A stretch of 46,602 nucleotides of DNA. Origin: Minisyncoccota bacterium (GTDB taxonomy: Bacteria > Patescibacteriota > Minisyncoccia > Phycocordibacterales > JACOZG01). A program made the translations under genes and the position numbers. The DNA lies in contig JAGVGK010000027.1 in the NCBI GenBank assembly GCA_020057185.1, positions 1 through 46,602 on the forward strand. Reading direction: 5' to 3'. A model generated the notes under the pieces. The model searched no databases. It was not told the DNA's origin and saw only the letters and a list, made by a program, of their open reading frames with translations. Below, in pieces: positions 8,317-16,395 of the stretch (its first letter is position 1; the number at the start of each line of letters is the position of its first letter).

Positions 8317-9714
8317 ATGGTAACGGAACGAACAATGATTGAAGCGCTCGCGAAGCAAGTAGGGGAGGAGGTTAAGGCGTGTGGTTGGGTCACCGTCCGG
8401 CGCGATCATGGCAAATTAATTTTTCTTGATCTGCGCGATGCGAGCGGAACGGTGCAAGCTGTGGTTTTGCCGAGTCAACCGGACGCTTACGCGATCGCCA
8501 ACACCTTGCGTCCCGAATGGGTGGTGGAAGTGTTTGGTGTGGTTAATAAACGACCGGAGAAAATGATCAACAAGGATGTTTTGAACGGCGACATTGAATT
8601 AGCAGTCAGTTTAATTAAAGTTTTAAATCCCGCCGAGACTCCGCCTTTCGATCTCACGAGTGACGGGCGGGAGATCGGTGAGGAAAGTCGTTTGAAATAT
8701 CGTTATCTCGATTTGCGCCGACCCCGGTTGGCGAGGAATTTGCGTTTGCGTCATCAGATTATAAAATTTATTCGCGATTATCTCGCCGAACAAAGTTTTA
8801 TCGAAGTGGAAACGCCGATTCTGACCAAGGCGACGCCGGAGGGTGCGCGCGATTATTTGGTGCCAGCCCGACTTTATCCGGGACAATTTTACGCCTTACC
8901 ACAATCACCGCAACAATATAAACAACTACTGATGGTTGCTGGTGTCGAAAAATATTTCCAAATCGCGCGCTGTTTCCGCGATGAAGATACGCGGGGTGAT
9001 CGGCAACCGGAATTTACTCAACTCGATCTCGAGATGGCTTTTGTTGGTCAAGAAGCGGTGATGAATTTAAACGAGCAACTCTTGATTGAATTGGTGCACA
9101 CGTTGGCGCCAGAAAAGAAAATTTTGCAAACTCCTTTCCCGCGTCTCACTTATGCCGAAGCGATGAGTAAGTATAAAACTGATCGACCTGATTTGCGTGA
9201 AAATAAAGAAGATGGAAATGAATTAGCTTTTGCGTGGGTGATAGACTTCCCGTTTTTTGAAAAAATTGAAGGTGGCAAATACACCTTTACTCATAACCCA
9301 TTTTCGGCACCTAAATCCGAGCACCATGACTGGCTGATGAAGGGCGAACGAATCGACGAAATTCTGACTAATCAGTATGACATTACCTTGAATGGTTTGG
9401 AGATCGGCGGGGGCAGTATTCGTAATCATCAACCCGAAGCGTTGAAGGCGGTGTTTAAAATCTTAGGTCATTCCGACACCGACATTGAAGCGAATTTTAG
9501 CCACATGCTCCGTGCGCTGGCTTCCGGCGCCCCGCCACACGGCGGGATCGCCTGGGGACTCGATCGGCTAATTAGTATTTTGGCTGGCGAACCCAACATC
9601 CGCGAAGTGATTGCTTTTCCCAAAACCGGCGAAGGTCGCGATCTAATGATGAACGCCCCCGCAGAAATTAGTCCCGAACAGTTAAAGGAGTTAAAACTCA
9701 AAATCGTTTCTTGA
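8317..9714 (+). CDS. aspS: Aspartate--tRNA ligase, bacterial-type sequence but lacking the GAD insertion domain
   Basis: Class II motifs (FYALPQSPQQYKQLLM, FRDEDTRGDRQPEFTQLD, GGGSIR). After DRPDLR the protein goes directly into WVIDFPFFE. Length is 465 aa. Confidence 0.93.
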   Translation: MVTERTMIEALAKQVGEEVKACGWVTVRRDHGKLIFLDLRDASGTVQAVVLPSQPDAYAIANTLRPEWVVEVFGVVNKRPEKMINKDVLNGDIELAVSLIKVLNPAETPPFDLTSDGREIGEESRLKYRYLDLRRPRLARNLRLRHQIIKFIRDYLAEQSFIEVETPILTKATPEGARDYLVPARLYPGQFYALPQSPQQYKQLLMVAGVEKYFQIARCFRDEDTRGDRQPEFTQLDLEMAFVGQEAVMNLNEQLLIELVHTLAPEKKILQTPFPRLTYAEAMSKYKTDRPDLRENKEDGNELAFAWVIDFPFFEKIEGGKYTFTHNPFSAPKSEHHDWLMKGERIDEILTNQYDITLNGLEIGGGSIRNHQPEALKAVFKILGHSDTDIEANFSHMLRALASGAPPHGGIAWGLDRLISILAGEPNIREVIAFPKTGEGRDLMMNAPAEISPEQLKELKLKIVS

Positions 9715-9715
9715 A

Positions 9716-10483
9716 ATGACTGAAACTTTTGCCGTGCGGGTGGGGGAGTTTGAAGGGCCGATGGAGCTTTTGCTTGAGTTGGTCGAGGAGCGCGAGCTTC
9801 AGATCAATCAGGTCTCGCTCGCGACGGTGGCGGATAGTTTTATTGAGCATTTGAAAAAATTACCGTCTACCCGTTCCATCGGCGGGCAAGCCGAAATGAA
9901 TGTGTTGGGAAATTTTGTCGTCATTGCTTCAACTTTAATTCTCATTAAATCGCTTTCGCTTCTCCCAACACTCGCGGTGACCGGCGAAGAGGAGGAACAG
10001 ATTGGTGACTTGGAACGCCGACTCAAACTTTATCAACTGGTCCGCCAAACAATGTCCTTGCTTCAAACAGCCCTCGCGGGGCCGGCAATTTTTTACCGCG
10101 ATTCGCGAAGCCGAATGATCAATCCCGTTTTCTCACCGACCGCGGAGATAACTTTGGCTAATCTTAAATTAGTGATGGAGCGTTTGATTCATGACTTGCC
10201 GAAGGCCGAAACCCTGCCCCAGACCACGGTCAAACGTTTGGTTAGTCTGGAGGCGGTGATTGAAGACATTACTCAGCGCGTCCAAACCGCGCTCTCGATG
10301 AGTTTCAACGATTTCGTCAAAAATAAATCTACTGATTGGCGAAAAGAAAAAATTAATGTCATCGTCAGCTTTCTCGCTCTGCTTGAACTTTTCAAACAAG
10401 GGCTAGTCAATATCACTCAAACGGAACACTTCGCGGATATTAAAATTGAGACCAAAGATTCCAACATCCCGCGCTATGGCTAA
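9716..10483 (+). CDS. scpA: Segregation and condensation protein A
   Basis: FEGPMELLLELVEERELQINQVSLATVADSF is a typical ScpA N-terminus. 255 aa. Confidence 0.9.
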   Translation: MTETFAVRVGEFEGPMELLLELVEERELQINQVSLATVADSFIEHLKKLPSTRSIGGQAEMNVLGNFVVIASTLILIKSLSLLPTLAVTGEEEEQIGDLERRLKLYQLVRQTMSLLQTALAGPAIFYRDSRSRMINPVFSPTAEITLANLKLVMERLIHDLPKAETLPQTTVKRLVSLEAVIEDITQRVQTALSMSFNDFVKNKSTDWRKEKINVIVSFLALLELFKQGLVNITQTEHFADIKIETKDSNIPRYG

Positions 10484-10500
10484 TTAGGTCCGTCTCGGGT

Positions 10501-10506
10501 TATAAT
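10501..10506 (+). promoter_or_regulatory. -10 box (TATAAT) 9 nt upstream of ATG 10516
   Basis: TATAAT-gaacaaact-ATG with no SD. Confidence 0.4.
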
Positions 10507-10515
10507 GAACAAACT

Positions 10516-11343
10516 ATGAAAATAGGCATAATTGGTTTTGGCATCGTTGGCGGAAATACGGGCAAGGTGTTGGGGAAAAAACACCAGATTTTTCCCTATG
10601 ACAAATATAAGAAACCGTATGATTCTGGGGCTAAATTAGAGAAATTAGTGGCTCAAGCCGAGCTCGTCTTCATCTGTGTGCCGACGCCGATGAAGCCTAG
10701 CGGGGAGATGGATTATTCGGCGATTCATAATTCCTTAGCGGCACTTTTAACTGAATGTCAAAAACAAGCTCGAGAGCCACAGACCTTGGTGGTCGTGATT
10801 CGCTCCACCGCCGTTTCCGGCACGACGGATTTATTAGCTGAAAAATATCCTTTTCGATTTGCTTTCAATCCGGAATTTCTAACCGAGAAGAACGCCTTGC
10901 GAGATATGCAAAAAACCAATCGAGTGGTTATTGGCGCGAATGATCAAATAAGTCGTCGAAAATTAGAAACAATGTATCGGAAGGTTTTTCCTAAAGCGAA
11001 GTATGTTTTTGTTGACCGAAAAACCGCCGAGATGATTAAGTACGCCGCGAATGTGATGTTGGCGTCGCAAATTTCTCTCGCCAATGAAATTTATAATATT
11101 TGCCAAGCGGTAAAAGTTGATTACGAAACAGTGAAAAATATTATTTTACTCGACGAACGAATTGGTCGAAACATTACGGTTCCGGGTTGGGACGGCGATT
11201 TTGGTTTCGGCAAAAAATGTTTTCCTAAAGATTTGAACGCCCTTATTTATCTCGCTCGCGATAATTATTATCGGCCATATTTGCTGGAAGAAGTTTGGCG
11301 ATTGAATGAGAGAGTTAGGAAAAATAAAGATTGGCTCAAGTAA
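10516..11343 (+). CDS. UDP-glucose/GDP-mannose dehydrogenase family protein, short form lacking the C-terminal UDP-binding domain
   Basis: Rossmann IGFGIVGG, CVPTP, NPEFLTE, and central-domain-like AEMIKYAANVMLA...FGFGKKCFPKD. Only 275 aa. Confidence 0.65.
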   Translation: MKIGIIGFGIVGGNTGKVLGKKHQIFPYDKYKKPYDSGAKLEKLVAQAELVFICVPTPMKPSGEMDYSAIHNSLAALLTECQKQAREPQTLVVVIRSTAVSGTTDLLAEKYPFRFAFNPEFLTEKNALRDMQKTNRVVIGANDQISRRKLETMYRKVFPKAKYVFVDRKTAEMIKYAANVMLASQISLANEIYNICQAVKVDYETVKNIILLDERIGRNITVPGWDGDFGFGKKCFPKDLNALIYLARDNYYRPYLLEEVWRLNERVRKNKDWLK

Positions 11344-11344
11344 A

Positions 11345-11878
11345 ATGTTGACTCTCGAAGCCCAAATTGAAGCCGTCCTTTTCTGGAAAGCGGAACCACT
11401 AACGATTTCGGAACTAGCTCAGGCTCTGGTACAGACCGAGGTGGAAATTAACCAAGCACTCGGAACTCTTTCGACCCAGCTTCATGATCGAGGTTTGGCT
11501 TTGGTTCGAACTGGTGATGAAGTAATGTTAGGAACAGCCAAAGAAGCCGGAGAATTGATTGAACATCTAACAAAAGAAGAATTGGCTCGTGAGATTGGGA
11601 AGGCGGGGCTCGAAACTTTAACTGTGATTCTTTATCGCGGTTCAGTCAGTCGGGCCGAGATTGATTATATTCGCGGAGTTAATTCCAGTTTCATTTTGCG
11701 AAATCTTCTAATCCTCGGTTTGGTTGATAAAATTCCGAATCCCGCCGACGCGCGGAGTTTTCTCTATCGACCAACCTTTGAACTTTTTTCTTGGTTGGGA
11801 GTGAAGGAATCTGCGGAATTGCCCGATTATCAGCGTGTGATGGCTGAACTCACTCCGCCAACAGTTGCCACATCATGA
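11345..11878 (+). CDS. scpB: Segregation and condensation protein B
   Basis: MLTLEAQIEAVLFWKAEPLTISELA is a typical ScpB start. I chose ATG 11345 over the track start 11306, which overlaps the previous gene. Confidence 0.85.
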   Translation: MLTLEAQIEAVLFWKAEPLTISELAQALVQTEVEINQALGTLSTQLHDRGLALVRTGDEVMLGTAKEAGELIEHLTKEELAREIGKAGLETLTVILYRGSVSRAEIDYIRGVNSSFILRNLLILGLVDKIPNPADARSFLYRPTFELFSWLGVKESAELPDYQRVMAELTPPTVATS

Positions 11879-12744
11879 AGCCAATTTCATCAATTCCTCA
11901 ATATCTAATCGCGGGGATCGCTTTGGTCTCAGCTTCGTTTGGTCTCTGGTCAAATTTACCCAACTGGTCAGCGCCCCGCGAAATTTTAGCGCGTCCCGCT
12001 TCGGCAATTGATTATTTCGCCTCGCTTAATCTGGAAGCGAAAGCGGTTTTTGTTTACGAGCCCGATACGGGTCGAGTGCTCTATGCTAAAGAGGCGGGGG
12101 AGCGTCTGCCAATTGCTTCGGTCACCAAACTGATGACGGCTCTAACCGCGTCCGAGCTTTTACCCGATTCGACAATTATTCCGCTCGCGCGCCGTCGTTA
12201 TCATCTCAAGGATTTAGTCGCGCTTACATTAGTTAGCTCGTCTAACCAAGGAGCGATGGCTTTATCCTCGGCGACCGCCGAGGATCTTAACCGTGACTTG
12301 GTTAGTGAAATGAACACGGAAGCCGGCGTTCTCGGCCTCAAACAAACCACTTTTTCTAATCCAACCGGGCTCGATCTGGCTGACGGCCAGGCTGGGTCAT
12401 ACAGCACCGCTTATGATATTGCGCATCTCTTTACTCACATTCTCGCGGTGCGTCCGGAATTACTCGCCGCGACCAGATTTGAAGAGATCGAGACCGCCAC
12501 GGTTGAGGGCGTGCGTCATCGTTTCCAAAACACGAATGAAATTATTGGTGAATTGTCGGGGGTGCTTGGCTCGAAAACCGGTTTTACCGATATTGCCGAG
12601 GGTAGTTTGGTAATTGCTTTCGACCGCGGGTTAAATCAGCCCGTGGTCGTCGTAGTTTTAGGTTCAAGTGAACAGGGTCGTTTTAGCGATGTCAAACAAT
12701 TAGTTGAAGCGACGGTTAAAACTTTCTTACCCACCACGATATGA
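11875..12744 (+). CDS. D-alanyl-D-alanine carboxypeptidase (S11 family low-MW PBP)
   Basis: SxxK (ASVTK), SxN (SSSN) and KTG (SKTGFT) motifs, N-terminal membrane anchor, ATGA overlaps on both sides. Confidence 0.85.
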   Translation: MKPISSIPQYLIAGIALVSASFGLWSNLPNWSAPREILARPASAIDYFASLNLEAKAVFVYEPDTGRVLYAKEAGERLPIASVTKLMTALTASELLPDSTIIPLARRRYHLKDLVALTLVSSSNQGAMALSSATAEDLNRDLVSEMNTEAGVLGLKQTTFSNPTGLDLADGQAGSYSTAYDIAHLFTHILAVRPELLAATRFEEIETATVEGVRHRFQNTNEIIGELSGVLGSKTGFTDIAEGSLVIAFDRGLNQPVVVVVLGSSEQGRFSDVKQLVEATVKTFLPTTI

Positions 12745-13799
12745 CCCCCAATGTTGTTCTTGATGTCGTTAAAGTTTTCGCGCCGAGCGCGGTGGCTTTT
12801 TTTATTGGAATATCAATTACGCCGATCCTCACTCATTATTTATACAAACATAAGATGTGGAAGAAACAAGCCGGCAAGATCGCGCCAGATGGTCGCCCGA
12901 CGCCCATTTTTAATCAACTACATCGCGAGCGCGAAGTGGGGACACCGCGTCTCGGCGGAATAATTATTTGGGTGAGCGCTGGTTTGACCACCTTAATTTT
13001 TGCCCTGATCGCGACGGTTTATCCGACCTTGTTGGCCGAAAAACTGACCTTCCTTAGTCGCAATCAAACTTGGTTGCCGTTCTTTACTTTAATTGTGGCA
13101 TCGCTAATTGGACTGGTGGATGACTGGTTAGAAATTAGAAGTTCCAAAGGGGGATTATCTTTCCGCCATCGGCTTCTTTTGGTTACCCTGCTTGGGGTTT
13201 TGGGTGCGCTGTGGTTTTATTTTAAACTCGGTCGTTCGTCAATCGATATTCCGTTCAGTGGCGAGCTGGTAATTGACTGGTTGATTATTCCGTTTTTCGT
13301 TTTAGTGATGATTTTTCTTTTTACCAGCAGTGTGATTGATGGTCTTGACGGTTTGGCCGGCGGAGTGATGGCGATTATTTTCGGCGCTTACGCGGGCATT
13401 GCTTTCTTCCAGAATCAGATTGATTTAGCCGCCTTTTGCGCCGTCGTGGCGGGGGCAATTCTCGCTTTCTTATGGTTCAATATCCCGCCGGCGCGCTTCT
13501 ATATGTCGGAAACAGGAATTCTCGGATTAACTACGATGCTGACGATCGTTGTTTTTCTTACCGAGTCGGTGGTGACGCTACCGATTATCGCCTTTCCACT
13601 TTTCGCGACCGTGTTGGTCAATGTGATTCAATTAGGATCGAAAAAATTCCGTCACGGCAAAAAAGTTTTTCTCGTTGCGCCGTTGCATCACCATTTCGAA
13701 GCGTTGGGTTGGTCGCCGGCAAAAGTCGTGATGCGTTATTGGATTATCGGTGTGATTATGGCGGTGATTGGAATGATTATTACCTTAGTCGGTCGCTAA
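12741..13799 (+). CDS. mraY: Phospho-N-acetylmuramoyl-pentapeptide transferase
   Basis: Polytopic membrane protein with DDWLEI, DGLDGLAGG and PLHHHFE motifs. Confidence 0.95.
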   Translation: MTPNVVLDVVKVFAPSAVAFFIGISITPILTHYLYKHKMWKKQAGKIAPDGRPTPIFNQLHREREVGTPRLGGIIIWVSAGLTTLIFALIATVYPTLLAEKLTFLSRNQTWLPFFTLIVASLIGLVDDWLEIRSSKGGLSFRHRLLLVTLLGVLGALWFYFKLGRSSIDIPFSGELVIDWLIIPFFVLVMIFLFTSSVIDGLDGLAGGVMAIIFGAYAGIAFFQNQIDLAAFCAVVAGAILAFLWFNIPPARFYMSETGILGLTTMLTIVVFLTESVVTLPIIAFPLFATVLVNVIQLGSKKFRHGKKVFLVAPLHHHFEALGWSPAKVVMRYWIIGVIMAVIGMIITLVGR

Positions 13800-13800
13800 A

Positions 13801-14901
13801 ATGATTTCTTTAGCTCGCAAACAAAGTCGCCACTTCTTCTTCTTTATTGTGGCGCTGACTTTAGCAGGCTTCTTGATTTTTTCTTCCGCCGCGCTCGGTC
13901 TCTTGAGCGGTGATGGGGCCAATTATACTCGAATCGTTTGGAATCAATTCTCGGTTTTGATTCTTGGTTTAGTGGGTTTTATTTTGCTCGGCCGATTCCC
14001 ATATCATTGTTGGAATAAAATCGCTATTTGGTTATTGCTAGTTTCTTTTGGCCTGACTTTGTTGGTTTTTATTCCAAATTTGGGAATTAAAGCTGGCGGC
14101 GCTTACCGTTGGTTAGAGATTGGCTCAAGAACTTTCCAGCCGTCGGAATTATTAAAGTTTGCTTTTGTTATCTATCTAGCCGCTTGGCTAGCGAAAATTC
14201 GCGAGCGAGTGACTACTTGGCAGTCGGGATTTTTGCCTTTTTTACTTTTAGTTGGTTTAGCCGGAGCAATACTTATTGCTCAACCAGATATTGGAACTTT
14301 CGTGGTTCTTTTCAGTTCGGCGTTGGCAATGTTTTTTGTCGCGGGCGCGAGATGGCGACAACTAGGTGCGATCCTTCTTATCGCCGGCGTTAGTCTCACG
14401 GTGATTATTTCGATTAATCCTTACGCCCGAGAACGAATTTTTACCTTTTTGAATCCCGAGGCGAAGAAAGATTCTTCCGCTTGGCAAATAAATAAATCTT
14501 TACTCGCGATTGGGTCCGGTCAACTGACCGGTCGGGGCTTCGGTCAAAGTCTCCAGAAATTTAATTCTCTGCCTGAACCGATTGGGGATTCTATTTTTGC
14601 CGTCACCGCCGAGGAATTTGGTTTGCTCGGTAGCGTGATTTTAGTTTTCTCTTTCGCTTGGTTTGTTTTTTGGGGGTTGAGAATTGCTTCGCGCGCGCCT
14701 GATCGTTTCGGGCAATTGTTGGCGGTCGGCTTAACCGTTTTATTAGCCACCGGCGCGTTCATTAATATGGCCTCGATGCTCGGTCTCTTACCTTTAACTG
14801 GCATCCCGCTTCTTTTCGTTAGCCACGGCGGAAGCGCGCTCCTGTTTTCTCTCCTCGGCTGTGGTATCATAATGAACATTGCTCGATCATCTCGGCACTA
14901 A
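13801..14901 (+). CDS. ftsW: SEDS-family peptidoglycan glycosyltransferase FtsW/RodA
   Basis: Polytopic membrane protein with FQPSELLKFAFVIYLA and SHGGSAL motifs. Located between mraY and murG. Confidence 0.9.
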   Translation: MISLARKQSRHFFFFIVALTLAGFLIFSSAALGLLSGDGANYTRIVWNQFSVLILGLVGFILLGRFPYHCWNKIAIWLLLVSFGLTLLVFIPNLGIKAGGAYRWLEIGSRTFQPSELLKFAFVIYLAAWLAKIRERVTTWQSGFLPFLLLVGLAGAILIAQPDIGTFVVLFSSALAMFFVAGARWRQLGAILLIAGVSLTVIISINPYARERIFTFLNPEAKKDSSAWQINKSLLAIGSGQLTGRGFGQSLQKFNSLPEPIGDSIFAVTAEEFGLLGSVILVFSFAWFVFWGLRIASRAPDRFGQLLAVGLTVLLATGAFINMASMLGLLPLTGIPLLFVSHGGSALLFSLLGCGIIMNIARSSRH

Positions 14902-14915
14902 TTAATTATTTTTTT

Positions 14916-16052
14916 ATGAAAATTGTTTTTACGGGCGGGGGGACAGCGGGACACTTCTATCCGATTATCGCGGTGGTGGAGGCGCTCGCCGTGGAGGCGC
15001 GCGAGCGCAAGCTGATTAATCTCAAATATTATTTCCTGTCCGATAATCCCTACGACGAACGGGCATTATTTGAGAATCAGATTGAGTTTCGGCGCGTGCG
15101 CGCCGGTCGTCTCCGACGCTATTTCTCGCTTCGAATTATCCCCGATTTCATTCAAGCCGGTCTCGGCATTATTGAAGCGATTTTCAAACTCTACTCGATC
15201 TATCCCGATCTAGTTTTTTGCAAGGGCGGTTACGCCAGTTTTCCGGTCGTTTTTGCCGCCCGCTTATTACGAATTCCAATTTTCGTTCACGAATCAGATT
15301 CTCGCCCCGGACGAGTTAATCATTTCGCCGCGCGGAGCGCAGTGCGGATTGCCCTCGCTTATTCGGAGGCGGCCACTTTTTTCCCGGCCGAAAAACAAAA
15401 CCGGATTGCGGTGACGGGCAATCCAATTCGTCAGGATTTACTTTATCCGCTCGCGCAAGGCGCTCGCGAGTTCTTGGATCTCGAACCGGAATTGCCAATC
15501 GTTTATGTCACCGGCGGTTCGCAAGGCGCATCTGCCATCAATGAAACTTTGCTCGACATTTTACCCGCTCTGTTGGAGAAATGCCAAATCGTGCATCAGG
15601 TGGGTCAAAATAATTTAAAAGATGTCACTCAACGCGCGTCGGTGGTTTTGGAAAAATCTCCTTGGCGCGCGCGTTACAAACTCTTAGGTTTCCTCAACAG
15701 TTCAGCCATTCGCATGGTCGCGGGCGCGGCAACGATCGTCGTGTCACGCGCTGGCTCGTCCATTTTCGAATTTGCCCAATGGGGCTTACCGGCAATTCTG
15801 ATTCCGATTCCCGAATCAATCAGCCACGATCAACGCACTAACGCTTTCACTTACGCGCGGACCGGTGGGGCGATTGTCATCGAGCAGGGGAATCTGACAC
15901 CTTCTGTTCTGCAATCCGAAATTCTCCGTTTAATTGGTAACCCCGAATTACTCGCTAAAATGCGCGCCGGCGCCAAAACTTTTGCCCGTCCCGACGCCGC
16001 CCGCGTCATCGCCGAAGAATTACTCACCCTCATCCTCCAACACGAGAAATAA
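14916..16052 (+). CDS. murG: UDP-N-acetylglucosamine--N-acetylmuramyl-(pentapeptide) pyrophosphoryl-undecaprenol N-acetylglucosamine transferase
   Basis: TGGGTAGHFYPIIAV N-terminus and GGSQGA motif. 378 aa. Confidence 0.95.
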   Translation: MKIVFTGGGTAGHFYPIIAVVEALAVEARERKLINLKYYFLSDNPYDERALFENQIEFRRVRAGRLRRYFSLRIIPDFIQAGLGIIEAIFKLYSIYPDLVFCKGGYASFPVVFAARLLRIPIFVHESDSRPGRVNHFAARSAVRIALAYSEAATFFPAEKQNRIAVTGNPIRQDLLYPLAQGAREFLDLEPELPIVYVTGGSQGASAINETLLDILPALLEKCQIVHQVGQNNLKDVTQRASVVLEKSPWRARYKLLGFLNSSAIRMVAGAATIVVSRAGSSIFEFAQWGLPAILIPIPESISHDQRTNAFTYARTGGAIVIEQGNLTPSVLQSEILRLIGNPELLAKMRAGAKTFARPDAARVIAEELLTLILQHEK

Positions 16053-16054
16053 AA

Positions 16055-16089
16055 AACCTCGTACAACCCTATTGTGGTTGGACGAGGTT
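16055..16089 (-). terminator. Intrinsic terminator with its U-run on the minus strand (ends the candidate ncRNA; also abuts the murG stop)
   Basis: 14-bp stem AACCTCGTACAACC/GGTTGGACGAGGTT (1 mismatch). On the minus strand it is followed by TTTTTTATTT. Confidence 0.6.
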
Positions 16090-16320
16090 CCCCTGTGTTT
16101 CCCTTCTCGGGCTGAGTCACCCCTAGAGTTCCCCGAGGATCGAGATCTCCAAGAGTCCTGACTTCCCTGACGCGTTACCTAAAATCTGAAATCAGGTCTA
16201 GACTTTGGTAACATGGCTCTTGCTTGTCCGTATTTTACGGAGGGGAGAGCGAGCATCGTGTGGATGATAAGCTATCTTTGCACCCCAATTGAAGACGACT
16301 CTGTAAACTCCACACTAGCT
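16055..16320 (-). ncRNA. Candidate ~265-nt non-coding RNA of unknown class
   Basis: No credible ORF. A minus-strand TTGACA-N16-TATGAT promoter lies upstream and an intrinsic terminator downstream. The interval is divergent from the gltX promoter. Confidence 0.35.
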
Positions 16321-16326
16321 TCCTAC

Positions 16327-16354
16327 ATCATACACGAATCAGTTTTCCTGTCAA
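16327..16354 (-). promoter_or_regulatory. Sigma70-type promoter TTGACA-N16-TATGAT on the minus strand
   Basis: -35 at 16354-16349 and -10 at 16332-16327. No protein gene lies downstream on this strand. Confidence 0.5.
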
Positions 16355-16357
16355 GTG

Positions 16358-16386
16358 TTTGGAAAAAGCGCTTGGGTTGCTACAAT
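16358..16386 (+). promoter_or_regulatory. Candidate gltX promoter TTTGGA-N17(TGc)-TACAAT
   Basis: Extended -10 TGcTACAAT lies 9 nt before ATG 16396. The 9-nt gap contains AGGAG, so SD-led versus leaderless is ambiguous. Confidence 0.4.
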
Positions 16387-16395
16387 AGGAGCATT

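Noticed and set aside
12751-13804. Alternative-frame ORFs inside mraY (12751..12963, 13436..13804), and similar ones inside ftsW, murG, dnaB, ftsI and rsmH
   Set aside because: They are shadow ORFs within genes that have unambiguous family motifs.
16055-16320. Assigning the candidate ncRNA to RNase P, SRP, tmRNA or 6S
   Set aside because: It lacks GAGGAAAGUCC and ACAGAA..GGCUUA (RNase P), GGAAGCAGC with a GNAR loop (SRP), and a tRNA-like end or tag ORF (tmRNA). 6S has no primary-sequence signature I can test by eye. I left it as unknown class.
16213-16395. N-terminal extension of gltX in the track ORF, and a possible T-box or riboswitch leader for gltX
   Set aside because: The extension has no GltX-like sequence, and the canonical MSAIVRFAPSPTG start is at 16396. 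I found no T-box motif (AGGGTGGTACCGCG-like) or specifier/antiterminator arrangement on the + strand.
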